Shown: piece by piece, positions 32,293 to 42,074 of the stretch
Layout of the letters: every line of letters starts with the position of its first letter
Position numbering within the stretch: position 1 is the first letter of the stretch
Assembly: GCA_040768745.1 (NCBI GenBank)
Contig: JAXGMI010000002.1
Location: 416,001 to 480,000 of the forward strand
DNA from: Desulfomicrobium sp.
GTDB lineage: Bacteria > Desulfobacterota > Desulfovibrionia > Desulfovibrionales > Desulfomicrobiaceae
DNA: 64,000 nt
Reading direction: 5' to 3'
The notes under the pieces: model-generated
What the model was told of the DNA's origin: nothing
The model's input: the letters and a program-made list of their open reading frames with translations, nothing else
Databases searched by the model: none
Program-made: the position numbers and the translations under genes

Positions 32293-34266
32293 ATGACACC
32301 TGAGAATATCCAAAGCCTGATGCAGGAAGAGCGTCTTTTTCAACCCCCGGCCACCAAACGGGCCCACATTCCGGACATGGCCACCTACGAGGAGCACTAT
32401 CGCCGGGCCGACGCGGATCCCGAAGGATATTGGGCCGACCGGGCAAGATCCCTCATCACCTGGTTCAAACCCTGGGACAAGGTCATGGACTGCGATTTCC
32501 GCAAACCCGACATCAAATGGTTCGTGAACGGAAAGGTCAACGTCAGCTACAACTGCCTGGACCGGCATGTGGAGCGGGGACTGGCCGACAAGACAGCCCT
32601 CATCTGGCAGGGCGAACCCGAGGATGACGTGCGCCATATCTCCTATCGCGAGCTGCTGGACGACGTGATCCGCTTTGCCAATATCCTGAAGAAGCTCGGA
32701 GTGCGCCGTGGTGACCGCGTGGCCCTGTACATGCCCATGGTCCCCGAACTGGCCGTGGCCATGCTGGCCTGCACGCGCATCGGGGCCACCCATTCCATCG
32801 TTTTTGCTGGATTCTCCGCCCTGAGTCTGCAGAACCGCATCCAGGACTGCGAGGCCAAGGTCCTGGTCACGGCCGACGCTGTCCTGCGCGGCGGGAAAAA
32901 GATCCCCCTGAAGCCCAATGTGGACGAGGCCCTGACCAACTGCCCCTCCGTGACCAGCTGCGTGGTCCTGAAGCGGGCCGGCATCGATATCACCATGGTC
33001 ATGGACCGCGACATGTGGTGGCATGACGTCATGGCCGATCCGGACATCGAGGACACCTGCCCCTGCGAGGCCATGGATGCCGAGGACATGCTCTTCATCC
33101 TCTATACCAGCGGCTCCACGGGCAAGCCCAAGGGCGTGGTGCACACCACGGGCGGGTACCTGACCTACGCGGCCCATTCCGCGCAGCTGGTGTTCAATCT
33201 TTTTGACGACGACATCCATTTCTGCACTGCGGACATCGGGTGGATCACCGGACACACCTATATCGTCTACGGCCCTTTGGCCCTGGGGGTGACCTCCCTC
33301 ATGTTCGAGGGCGTGCCCTCCTATCCGGACCCGTCGCGGTTCTGGAAAATTGTGGAAAAATTCAAGGTCACCAGCTTCTACACCGCTCCCACGGCCATCC
33401 GCTCCCTCATGCGCGACGGAGCGGGCTGGACCCAGAAGAACGATCTGTCCTCCTTGCGGGTCCTGGGCAGCGTCGGAGAGCCCATCAACCCCGAGGCATG
33501 GATGTGGTATCATGAGAACATAGGCAAGTCGCGGCTGCCCGTCGTCGACACCTGGTGGCAGACTGAAACCGGCGGCATCCTCATTTCGGCCCTACCCTTT
33601 GCCACCCCCCTGAAGCCCGGGTCGGCCACCCGCCCCCTGCCCGGGGTGCATGCCCGCATTGTCGATGCCGATGGGAACCCCACTGCGCCCAACGAAGGCG
33701 GGCACCTGGTCATTGAACGGCCCTGGCCGGGCATGCTTCGTGGCGTGTTCGGAGACCCTGAACGGTTCCGCCAGCAGTATTTCGAACGCTTCCCCGGCCG
33801 GTACGAGGCCGGAGACGGGGCCCGGGTGGATGAAAACGGATACTTCTGGATCATGGGACGGCTGGACGACGTCATCAATGTTTCCGGACACCGCCTGGGC
33901 ACAGCTGAGATCGAGTCCGCCCTGGTCTCCCATCCGGCCGTGGCTGAGGCCGCGGTGGTCGGCATGCCCCACGAGATCAAGGGTCAGGCCGTGTACGCCT
34001 ACGTCACCCTGCGCAACGACGTGGACGAGACCGAGGACCTAGTCAAGTCCCTGCGCAACCATGTGCGCAAGGAGATCGGCCCCCTGGCCTCTCCGGAAGT
34101 CATCCAATTCACTCCGGGACTGCCCAAGACCCGCAGCGGCAAGATCATGCGCCGCGTGCTGCGCAAGATCACCGCTGGGTCCACGTCCTTGGAGGACTTC
34201 GGAGACACCTCCACCCTGGCCGATCCGTCCGTGATCCAGGATCTCATCGCCGGACGGCATACCTAG
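32293..34266 (+). CDS. acs: Acetyl-CoA synthetase (AMP-forming)
   Basis: YTSGSTGKPKG, DTWWQTETGG, GRLDDVINVSGHRLG, PKTRSGKIMRR; AGGAGG RBS. Confidence 0.97.
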   Translation: MTPENIQSLMQEERLFQPPATKRAHIPDMATYEEHYRRADADPEGYWADRARSLITWFKPWDKVMDCDFRKPDIKWFVNGKVNVSYNCLDRHVERGLADKTALIWQGEPEDDVRHISYRELLDDVIRFANILKKLGVRRGDRVALYMPMVPELAVAMLACTRIGATHSIVFAGFSALSLQNRIQDCEAKVLVTADAVLRGGKKIPLKPNVDEALTNCPSVTSCVVLKRAGIDITMVMDRDMWWHDVMADPDIEDTCPCEAMDAEDMLFILYTSGSTGKPKGVVHTTGGYLTYAAHSAQLVFNLFDDDIHFCTADIGWITGHTYIVYGPLALGVTSLMFEGVPSYPDPSRFWKIVEKFKVTSFYTAPTAIRSLMRDGAGWTQKNDLSSLRVLGSVGEPINPEAWMWYHENIGKSRLPVVDTWWQTETGGILISALPFATPLKPGSATRPLPGVHARIVDADGNPTAPNEGGHLVIERPWPGMLRGVFGDPERFRQQYFERFPGRYEAGDGARVDENGYFWIMGRLDDVINVSGHRLGTAEIESALVSHPAVAEAAVVGMPHEIKGQAVYAYVTLRNDVDETEDLVKSLRNHVRKEIGPLASPEVIQFTPGLPKTRSGKIMRRVLRKITAGSTSLEDFGDTSTLADPSVIQDLIAGRHT

Positions 34267-34294
34267 CCATCAATCTGGCCGATCACGTTTTGCA

Positions 34295-34323
34295 GGCGCG
34301 CCCTTTGGGGTGCGCTTTTTTTT
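34295..34323 (+). terminator. Intrinsic terminator after acs
   Basis: GGCGCGCCC-tttg-GGGTGCGCT followed by a T-tract. Confidence 0.75.
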
Positions 34324-34324
34324 C

Positions 34325-34360
34325 TTGACCATCGCTCCAGGAGCGTAAATAAACGCTTAC
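34325..34360 (+). promoter_or_regulatory. Promoter/operator of the TetR gene
   Basis: TTGACC at 34325; overlapping palindromes AGCGT-N6-ACGCT (34342-34357) and GTAA-N8-TTAC (34345-34360). Confidence 0.45.
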
Positions 34361-34376
34361 ATACAACGGAGGAAGC

Positions 34377-34949
34377 ATGTCTCGACCCCTGCTCAAACGT
34401 GATGTCATCGAAGACGCGGCCATCCGGATCTTCGCCACCAAAGGGCTGGCCCGGACCACTATCAAGGACATCGCAGCCGCCGCCGGTGTGACCGAAGGGG
34501 CCCTGTACCGCTACTACGAGGGCAAGGAAGAAATGGCCTGGAAGCTCTTCAACCGGGAGCTGGACAAATTCACCCACCTGCTCTCGGAAGTGCTCGACGA
34601 CGACCGCATGTCCTTCAATCTGCGCCTGGGTTTGGCCATCCAGACCATCTATGACTACTATACCTACAACAGCGACCAGTTTGCCTTCATTCTGCTGACC
34701 CAGCACGGATTCCCGCAGGAAAAACTGCTGACCCGGGAGACGGACCCCCTGGGCATGACTGAACGGTTCGTGGGCCAGGCCGTCGGAGCGGGCGAAATTC
34801 CGCCCTGCGACGCCGACCTCTATGCCGGACTGCTCATGGGAGCCATTCTGCAACCCTTGGTCCTGCACCGCTACGGCAAACTGGACATCACTCCCCAAAC
34901 CCACGCCCAGGTCACGGAAGGCTGCCTGCGCATGCTCGGCGTTGCCTGA
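34377..34949 (+). CDS. TetR/AcrR family regulator
   Basis: AAIRIFATKGLARTTIKDIAAAAGVTEGALYRYY. Confidence 0.92.
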   Translation: MSRPLLKRDVIEDAAIRIFATKGLARTTIKDIAAAAGVTEGALYRYYEGKEEMAWKLFNRELDKFTHLLSEVLDDDRMSFNLRLGLAIQTIYDYYTYNSDQFAFILLTQHGFPQEKLLTRETDPLGMTERFVGQAVGAGEIPPCDADLYAGLLMGAILQPLVLHRYGKLDITPQTHAQVTEGCLRMLGVA

Positions 34950-34966
34950 ACCCTGGGAGAGCAATC

Positions 34967-37900
34967 ATGCAGCATCGCCTTCTGCGCATCCGCGGGTTTT
35001 TCCCCTACCTTTTTGTCGTCCTCGTCAATGCCATCATTGACCTCGGACACAAGATCGTCATCCAGAACACCGTCTTCAAATGCTATGACGGCTCCACCCA
35101 GATCGCCCTGACCGCCCTGGTCAACGCCTGCATCCTGCTCCCCTTCATCGTCTTCTTCACCCCGGCGGGATTCTTGGCCGATCGTTTCGCCAAGAACGTG
35201 GTCATCCGCTGCGCGGCTGGATTCGCCATCCCCCTGACCGTGCTCATCTATGCCAGCTACCTTCTGGGGTGGTTCGAGGCAGCTTTCGCTCTGACCCTCA
35301 TCCTGGCGGCCCAGTCCGCCTTCTATTCCCCGGCCAAGTATGGCTACATCAAGGAGATGGCCGGCAAGGACAACCTGGGCATGGCCAACGGCGTGGTCCA
35401 GGCCGTGACCATCATCGCCATCCTGCTCGGCGGGGTGCTTTTTTCAGTGGTCTTCGAGGCCTTGATCGGTCAGGCCCAGACCCGCGAGGACATCCTGCGG
35501 TCCGTGGCCCCGTGCGGCCTGCTGCTCATGGCCGGGGCCGTGACCCAGACCCTGGCCAGCCTGCGCATTCCGCAATTCAAGCAGGGCGAGGCCTCCTTGC
35601 GCCTGGACCGGAGGGCCTATGTCCGCGGGGAATACCTCAAGAACAACCTCAAGAATCTCTACAGGCATGAAACCATCTGGATGTCTGTCCTGGGTTTGTC
35701 CCTGTTCTGGGCCGTGAACCAGGTCCTTTTCGCTGCCTTCGGCGCACATCTGAAGGAAGTCGCCGGCGTGACCTCCACCGTGGTCGCCCAGGGCCTGCTG
35801 GCCATCGGCGGCGTGGGCATCATGGTTGGATCCATCACGGCCGGACGTCTGTCCCGAACCTACATCGAGACCGGGATCATCCCTCTGGCCGCAGTGGGCA
35901 TGACCCTCTGCCTGACCCTCATCCCAGGTCTGACCCAGCCTGTGGTCCTGGGCTGCCTGCTGACCGTGTACGGATTTTTCGGCGGCCTGTTCGTGGTTCC
36001 CCTGAACGCCCTGATCCAATTCAATGCAGCGGATTCCGACCTGGGTACCATCCTGGCCGGGAACAATTTCGTGCAGAACGTCTTCATGCTCTCGTTTTTG
36101 TGCGGCACGGTCCTGGCGTCCCTGGTCGGCCTGGGCAGCGTGCCCATCATCCTGATCCTGGCCGCCGTGGTGGCCTTGGGGTCGGCCTACACCCTGCGTA
36201 AGCTGCCCCAGTCCTTTATGCGCTTTTTGCTGCGGGTGCTTTTTGCCCAGCGCTACCGTCTGGTGGTCAGCGGTCTGGAACACATCCCTTCCCGCGGAGG
36301 AATGCTCCTGCTGGGCAATCACACCAGCTGGATCGACTGGGCCGTATTGCATCTGGCCGTGCCCCGGCCCGTGCGCTTCGTCATGTCCCGCAAATACTAC
36401 GATCTCTGGTACCTGCGCTGGTTCCTGGACCTGTACCGGGTCATTCCCATATCCTCCACGGCCAGCAGTTCGGCCCTGCGCACGGTCATGACGTCCCTGC
36501 GCAACGGCGACTGCGTGGTGCTGTTCCCGGAAGGTGCCCTCAGCCGCAACGGACAGCTCGGGCATTTCCGGCGGGGGTATTCCATTCCGGCAACCCAGAC
36601 CAAGAGCCCCATCGTTCCCTTCTACCTGCGCGGACTGTGGGGCAGCCGTTGGTCCGCGGCGAGCCGGCATTTCCAGAACACCACCACCGGGGCCAGGGTT
36701 CGCGACATCACCATCTGCTTCGGCCCGGTCCTGCCACCGGAAGCATCTCCCCTGGAGGTCAAGCAAGCGGTACACCGCCAGTCCATCCGGGCTTGGCAGG
36801 AATTCGCCCGCACCCAGATTTCCATCAGCCGGAACTGGATCAGGGCCGTGAAGCGGTCCCCGGCCCGTCTGGCCGTTGCCGATTCCAGCGGGACACAGCG
36901 GGCGGGCGAAGAGCTGCTGGGCATGGCCCTGCACCTGGCCCGCAGGCTCAAGAACCTGCCCGGCCAGAATGTCGGCATCCTCCTGCCCCCGGGCTGGCTG
37001 GGAACAGTGGCCAACATGGCCGTGCTCCTGGCCGGCAAAACAGCCGTCAACCTCGACCCACTGTTGCCTGACGCGAGTTTTGCTGCCTGCCTGCGAGAGG
37101 CCAGCATCACCACTTTCCTCGTCTCCCAGCCCCACCTGGAAAAGCTCCGGGACCAGGGCGTGGCCGAGGACATCCTGGGCCAGGGCCTTGTTTTTCTTGA
37201 TGGCATGCGGCCCTCCCGGCGGGAAGAACTCCTGCTGCGGGCCATGATCCGCATCCTGCCCGGATGGTTGCTGGGTGTGATCCTCGCGCCCAGGCCCGAA
37301 CCCGAGGCCACTGCAGCCATCCTCTTTGTCCCGCGTCATGCGTCCGCGCCCCTGGGCGTGCGCCTGAGCCACGCCAACATCATCACCAATGCCCGGCAGG
37401 TGGCCTGTCTCTTTCCGCCCAAGGCCAGCGACGTGCTGCTGGCCGCGCTGCCCCTGCATCATGCCCTTGGGCTGACCATGACCATGTTCCTGCCCCTCCT
37501 GGAATCCGTGCCCGTGGTCTGCCACCACGACCCCTCCGACACCCGCACCCTGGGCCGGTTATGCGTGGAATTCGAGGCCACGGTCCTCTGCGCCAACCCA
37601 GACATGCTCCTGACCATGGTCCAAAGCCAGACCGTGCATCCACTCATGTTCGCCTCCCTGCGCTTCGTGCTTTCGGCTGCCGCAGGCCTCTCGGACGCAT
37701 GTTTCCAGGCCTTCCGACACAAATTCGGCCTCATCGTCCACGAAGGCTACGGCACCACCGAAACCACCCCCGTGGCCACCCTCAATGCCCCGGACGTGCT
37801 CAACCCCACGGACTTGAGCGTCCAGCAGGGGCGCAAGGCCGGGACCGCCGGACTGCCCCTGCCCGGGTCGGCCCTGCGCATCGTCCATCCGGAAACCATG

Positions 37901-38086
37901 GAGGATGTGGAACAGGGGCAAAGCGGGCTCATCCTCATCGGCGGCACCCAGATCATGCAGGGATATCTGAACCATCCGGAACACACGGCCGAGGTCGTGC
38001 TGGAGCGAGACGGGATCACCTGGTACGTGACCGGGGACAGGGGATGGCTGGACGGGGACGGTTTCCTGGTTCTGGAAAACGCGTAG
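34967..38086 (+). CDS. LplT-like MFS + acyltransferase + degenerate acyl-ACP synthetase fusion (Aas-like)
   Basis: MFS (AGFLADRF, SPAKYG), PlsC motifs NHTSWID and FPEG, AMP-binding EGYGTTETTP. Confidence 0.85.
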   Translation: MQHRLLRIRGFFPYLFVVLVNAIIDLGHKIVIQNTVFKCYDGSTQIALTALVNACILLPFIVFFTPAGFLADRFAKNVVIRCAAGFAIPLTVLIYASYLLGWFEAAFALTLILAAQSAFYSPAKYGYIKEMAGKDNLGMANGVVQAVTIIAILLGGVLFSVVFEALIGQAQTREDILRSVAPCGLLLMAGAVTQTLASLRIPQFKQGEASLRLDRRAYVRGEYLKNNLKNLYRHETIWMSVLGLSLFWAVNQVLFAAFGAHLKEVAGVTSTVVAQGLLAIGGVGIMVGSITAGRLSRTYIETGIIPLAAVGMTLCLTLIPGLTQPVVLGCLLTVYGFFGGLFVVPLNALIQFNAADSDLGTILAGNNFVQNVFMLSFLCGTVLASLVGLGSVPIILILAAVVALGSAYTLRKLPQSFMRFLLRVLFAQRYRLVVSGLEHIPSRGGMLLLGNHTSWIDWAVLHLAVPRPVRFVMSRKYYDLWYLRWFLDLYRVIPISSTASSSALRTVMTSLRNGDCVVLFPEGALSRNGQLGHFRRGYSIPATQTKSPIVPFYLRGLWGSRWSAASRHFQNTTTGARVRDITICFGPVLPPEASPLEVKQAVHRQSIRAWQEFARTQISISRNWIRAVKRSPARLAVADSSGTQRAGEELLGMALHLARRLKNLPGQNVGILLPPGWLGTVANMAVLLAGKTAVNLDPLLPDASFAACLREASITTFLVSQPHLEKLRDQGVAEDILGQGLVFLDGMRPSRREELLLRAMIRILPGWLLGVILAPRPEPEATAAILFVPRHASAPLGVRLSHANIITNARQVACLFPPKASDVLLAALPLHHALGLTMTMFLPLLESVPVVCHHDPSDTRTLGRLCVEFEATVLCANPDMLLTMVQSQTVHPLMFASLRFVLSAAAGLSDACFQAFRHKFGLIVHEGYGTTETTPVATLNAPDVLNPTDLSVQQGRKAGTAGLPLPGSALRIVHPETMEDVEQGQSGLILIGGTQIMQGYLNHPEHTAEVVLERDGITWYVTGDRGWLDGDGFLVLENA

Positions 38087-38451
38087 CCGGATCCCTGGCC
38101 GCGGCCCTGCCCCCTCATCCAGGCCCGGAATGCCCCTGCCTCCTGCATGCCCACGCCGGGCAAGGGCCGTTGCAGGCATGGCCGTGCAGGAACGCCATGC
38201 CGTGGAGAGATCCTTGTGCAGACGCGGGACCTGTTTTCCCGGCGCGGACCCAGCGGCATGATATGCAACGCACGCCTGGCGTGCTTTCAGGAACCCGAAG
38301 GGCGTTCCGTGTGCCCTGGGTTGCGCGCCCGGAAAATCCGGCAAGGTCGGTCCTCGTAGGCCTTGAATTTCCGCGCGCATCGTTTTAGGGCTCGCCTTCC
38401 CGGCCGTGCGCCCGCAGGTCCGGCCCCAACACCCTGCGACAAGGAACTGCC

Positions 38452-38649
38452 ATGATCACTGTCCGCCTGGAACCCGAAAACCGGGAACTGACCTTTGAGC
38501 GCGTGCGCACGGTCATGCAGCTCCTGCACAAAGTGGAACGCAAGCCCGGCCGGGCCCTGGTCATCCGCGAGGGGCAGCTGCTCACGCCGGACCTGAACCT
38601 GCGCGACAACGACATCGTCGTTGTGCGGGACGTGGGCTCCCGGGGCTAG
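38452..38649 (+). CDS. Ubiquitin-like sulfur carrier (ThiS/TtuB-like)
   Basis: 65 aa beta-grasp-like sequence, ALVIREGQLLTPD, ends GSRG; directly upstream of the TtuA-like gene. Confidence 0.7.
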   Translation: MITVRLEPENRELTFERVRTVMQLLHKVERKPGRALVIREGQLLTPDLNLRDNDIVVVRDVGSRG

Positions 38650-38651
38650 AC

Positions 38652-39554
38652 ATGAAATGCACGCGCTGTAAAATCCCGGCCGTTGTGGCCCTGCCCAGCC
38701 ACCACGCCGCTTTCTGCAGGGACTGTTTCCTGCTCTTCGCCCGCCGGCTGGTGGAGAGGGCCATCGAGGAACACCAGATGTTCACGGCGGAGGACCGCAT
38801 CCTCGTGGCCATTTCCGGGGGCAAGGATTCCCTGGCCCTGTCCTGGCAGCTGAAGGAACTCGGCTACAACATCGCCGGCCTGCACATAGACCTGGGCATC
38901 CCTGAATCCTCTCCCATTGCCCGACAGTACTCCGAGCGGTTCTGCGCAACCCGCGGCATTCCGCTCCATGTCCTGGACATGGCCGCGGAGGGGCTGGCCA
39001 TGTGCGAGGTGAAACGCCGGGCCAGGCGGCCCATCTGTTCGGTCTGCGGTCAGACCAAGCGCTATTTTTTCAACAAATTCGCCATGGAAAACGGCTTCAC
39101 GGTCCTGGCCACCGGCCACAACCTCGATGACGAAACCTCGCGCCTCCTGGCCAACATCATGCGCTGGGACGTGGAATTTCTGAGCGATCAGGGGCCGGTC
39201 ATGCCGGCACAGAACGGATTCGCCAAGAAGGTCAAGCCCCTGTTCCGCATGTCCGAATTCGAAACCGCCAACCTCTGCTTCCTGGCCGGCATCGACTACG
39301 GCTACGCCCCCTGCCCCTACAGCTCCAAGGCCAGCTTTCCCGTCTACAAAAACCTTCTGGCAGAGCTGGAGGACAGGCAGCCAGGCCGTAAAATCCATTT
39401 TTACGACGGTTTTCTGAAGCGCGGACAGGGCGGGTTTACGGCCCAGGGCGAAAAAGACGCCCTGGTCCAGCCCTGCCAGAGGTGCGGCTACCCGACCTCG
39501 GCCGGGGAATGCGGGGTGTGCCGACTGAAGGATCTGATGGGCGTGACCCCCTAG
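38652..39554 (+). CDS. TtuA/Ncs6-like tRNA 2-thiolation protein
   Basis: N-terminal CxxC...H..FC..C, PP-loop SGGKDS, CSVCG, TGHNLDD, C-terminal CxxC...CxxC. Confidence 0.85.
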   Translation: MKCTRCKIPAVVALPSHHAAFCRDCFLLFARRLVERAIEEHQMFTAEDRILVAISGGKDSLALSWQLKELGYNIAGLHIDLGIPESSPIARQYSERFCATRGIPLHVLDMAAEGLAMCEVKRRARRPICSVCGQTKRYFFNKFAMENGFTVLATGHNLDDETSRLLANIMRWDVEFLSDQGPVMPAQNGFAKKVKPLFRMSEFETANLCFLAGIDYGYAPCPYSSKASFPVYKNLLAELEDRQPGRKIHFYDGFLKRGQGGFTAQGEKDALVQPCQRCGYPTSAGECGVCRLKDLMGVTP

Positions 39555-39695
39555 CTGCTGGCCAGCGCTGCGGGTCGCGACCGGCAAAAAAACTTTCCGG
39601 CAGCCCTGGCCAGGACAGGCGCGGATGCTTAAAAAAGTGCAATGGCAGGAACTGGGCGACGCCAATGTATCTGGAAAATTGTGCATGCAAGGCAA

Positions 39696-39724
39696 TTGAC
39701 ATCGATATCATCAATAACTACCAC
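39696..39724 (+). promoter_or_regulatory. sigma70 promoter with overlapping palindrome
   Basis: TTGACA at 39696; near-palindrome TGACATCGATATCA. Confidence 0.45.
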
Positions 39725-39749
39725 ACTCTCCACACAAAGGAGGATTTCC

Positions 39750-40055
39750 ATGTTTGAACTCACCAAGGCTGCCAAAGAGCAGCTTGATATGCATTTTTCG
39801 GGCAAGGACGTATCCCCGATCCGGGTGTACATGGCGGCTGGCTGAGGCGGGCCTCGCCTGGCGCTTGCTCTGGATGAGCAAAAGGACAGTGACGTGGTAC
39901 AGCAGATCGACGGGTACACCTTTCTGATCGAAACCGGCCTCATGCAGGAGGTCCAGCCCATTTCCGTGGAGTTTCATCCGCACATGGGCTTCAACATCAA
40001 GTCAGGCCTGAAAGTAACGAATTCGGGGTGCAGTTCCTGCACGTCCTGCGGCTAG
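39750..40055 (+). CDS. HesB/IscA-like selenoprotein (Sec at codon 32)
   Basis: MFELTKAAKEQL...IRVYMAAG-TGA(39843)-GGPRLALALDE...SGCSSCTSCG*; frame continues through TGA; AGGAGG RBS; hairpin TTGCTC-tggat-GAGCAA downstream of UGA. Confidence 0.9.
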
Positions 40056-40159
40056 CCCATGCCCCCTGCTTGGGCAGCAAAAGGCTGCTTCTGACCGGGA
40101 AGTGGCCTTTTTTAGGGCCTCCCGCCTGGGTCGGGTTTCGGAAGATGTCCAGAAACCCT

Positions 40160-40188
40160 TTGACAGGCAGGTGCCGAATCTATAGAGA
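40160..40188 (+). promoter_or_regulatory. sigma70 promoter of the tRNA pair
   Basis: TTGACA-N17-TAGAGA. Confidence 0.55.
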
Positions 40189-40209
40189 CAGTTTCTCGTT
40201 GGACGGGCA

Positions 40210-40285
40210 GGGCGGTTAGCTCAGCTGGGAGAGCGTCGGCCTTACAAGCCGAATGTCATAGGTTCGATCCCTGTACCGCCCACCA
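40210..40285 (+). tRNA. tRNA-Val(TAC)
   Basis: Cloverleaf; anticodon arm TCGGC-CTTACAA-GCCGA; GGTTCGATCC; encoded CCA. Confidence 0.96.
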
Positions 40286-40295
40286 AAGACCACGC

Positions 40296-40372
<77 letters not shown>

Positions 40373-40380
40373 CTGAATGC

Positions 40381-40419
40381 AAGGGTTTAAGGTTCACAGC
40401 CTTAAGCCCTTTTTCTTTT
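40381..40419 (+). terminator. Intrinsic terminator after the tRNAs
   Basis: AAGGGTTTAAGG...CCTTAAGCCCTT followed by a T-tract. Confidence 0.8.
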
Positions 40420-40651
40420 GTGGGTTCCGCGCGGGGGTTATTTTTGAGGAACCCGCCGGAAAGCACCTGGAGGTGTAACAACTTAAGGCTCGGATTAATA
40501 AATTCTTTTTCATCATATTCCGTGGCGATTGCTCCCCATTGAAACCCAACATGTCAAAAACATCCTGGCCCGACACAGCGTTACAACGCCGGAACGCCTT
40601 TCAACCAGCCTGAACCGGGCGACATCGATCCGTTGCAGCTCCACCCTCGTT

Positions 40652-41794
40652 TCACGCGCCCCGCAGCCTCCCCACCGCCGCGGCCACTACCTCGACAGCC
40701 CGCTCAATCTCCGCCACGGTCGTCATGCGGCCCACAGAAAACCGCACTGTCCCCCCGGCCCATTCCACCGGCACCCCCATGGCCTCCAGCACATGGGAGA
40801 CCTTGACGCTGCCGGCGTGGCAGGCGGCTCCGGCTGACGCGGCCACGTCCAGCCCGATCTCCTCCAGCAGCCGGTTGGCCCCGACCCCCTTGAACGACAG
40901 GCTCAGGGTGTTGGGCAGCCGATGGTCGGAGTGACCGTTCAGACGCACGTCGGCCATCCGTCCGGCTATGCCCTGGTGCAGCCTGTCCCGCAGATCCACC
41001 ATGCGGTCCATGGTATCCGGGAGGCCCCTGGCCGCGACCTCGCACGCCTTGCCCAGGCCGACGATCCCGGTCACGTTTTCCGTGCCGGCCCGCCAGCCCT
41101 TTTCCTGGCCGGCCCCGTGGCAGAATTTCTCCGGGGCGAGGCCCTGCCGCACGTACAGGGCCCCGACTCCCTTGGGCGCGTAGAGCTTGTGCCCGGCGAT
41201 GGAGAGGAGATCGGCCCCCAGATCCGAGACCTTGACCGGGATCTTGCCCAGGGACTGGGCCGCGTCGGTGTGCACGGCAATCCCGCGGGCCCTGGCCAGC
41301 CCGGCGATGTCCGCGACAGGCTGCACGGTGCCCACTTCGTTGTTGGCATGCATGACCGTGACCAGGACCGTGTCGGACCGCAGGGCCCGCTGCACCTGTC
41401 CGGGATCGACCATGCCCCGGGCATCCACCGCCACCCGGGTGGTTTCGAACCCTTCTTTTTCCAGGTGCCGGCACACCTCCAGAACCGCCGGGTGTTCGAT
41501 GCTGCTGGTGACGATGTGCCGGCCTTTGCCCTGCAGAGCCCGGGCCATGCCCTTGATGGCGTGGTTGTTGGATTCGGTCCCGCCGGAGGTGAAAAAGACC
41601 TCCCCTGGTTCGCAGCCGATCAGCCCGGCCACCTGCTGGCGGGCCGCCTCCACGGCCCGGCGCGGCGCGATGCCGTACCAGTGGGCGCTGGACGGGTTGC
41701 CGAACTCGACCTCCAGATACGGCCGCATGGCTGCGATCACCTCGGGGTCGTGGGGGGTGGTGCCGTTGTAATCGAGATAGATGGGGTTTTGCAC
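40652..41794 (-). CDS. Group I cysteine desulfurase / selenocysteine-lyase-like PLP enzyme
   Basis: YLDYNGTTP, FTSGGTES, HANNEVG, HTDAAQ, AGHKLYAPKG, SAGAACH. Confidence 0.88.
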   Translation of the reverse strand: MQNPIYLDYNGTTPHDPEVIAAMRPYLEVEFGNPSSAHWYGIAPRRAVEAARQQVAGLIGCEPGEVFFTSGGTESNNHAIKGMARALQGKGRHIVTSSIEHPAVLEVCRHLEKEGFETTRVAVDARGMVDPGQVQRALRSDTVLVTVMHANNEVGTVQPVADIAGLARARGIAVHTDAAQSLGKIPVKVSDLGADLLSIAGHKLYAPKGVGALYVRQGLAPEKFCHGAGQEKGWRAGTENVTGIVGLGKACEVAARGLPDTMDRMVDLRDRLHQGIAGRMADVRLNGHSDHRLPNTLSLSFKGVGANRLLEEIGLDVAASAGAACHAGSVKVSHVLEAMGVPVEWAGGTVRFSVGRMTTVAEIERAVEVVAAAVGRLRGA

Positions 41795-42074
41795 GATGGA
41801 ACCTCCCGTAGGAAAAAGGATGCCCTGAACTGAACATCAGTCCGGCCTCGAAGGCAAGGGCCGCGGCGGGACAGGGCTCGATTTTTCCGCTCGCGTGGCC
41901 CCGGCCCGGGGGAGAGGATCATGCCCGCACGCCAAGCCACATCCTGACAACCGGCGATGCGTAACGACTCTGGGCATGGGCAATATCTATTATGAAATTG
42001 CACGGTTTCGGTATAGTCATGATTGCAGAGACGAGGAACTCGACGCGATTGGCCATGGACAGCGGAGTTGCGTG

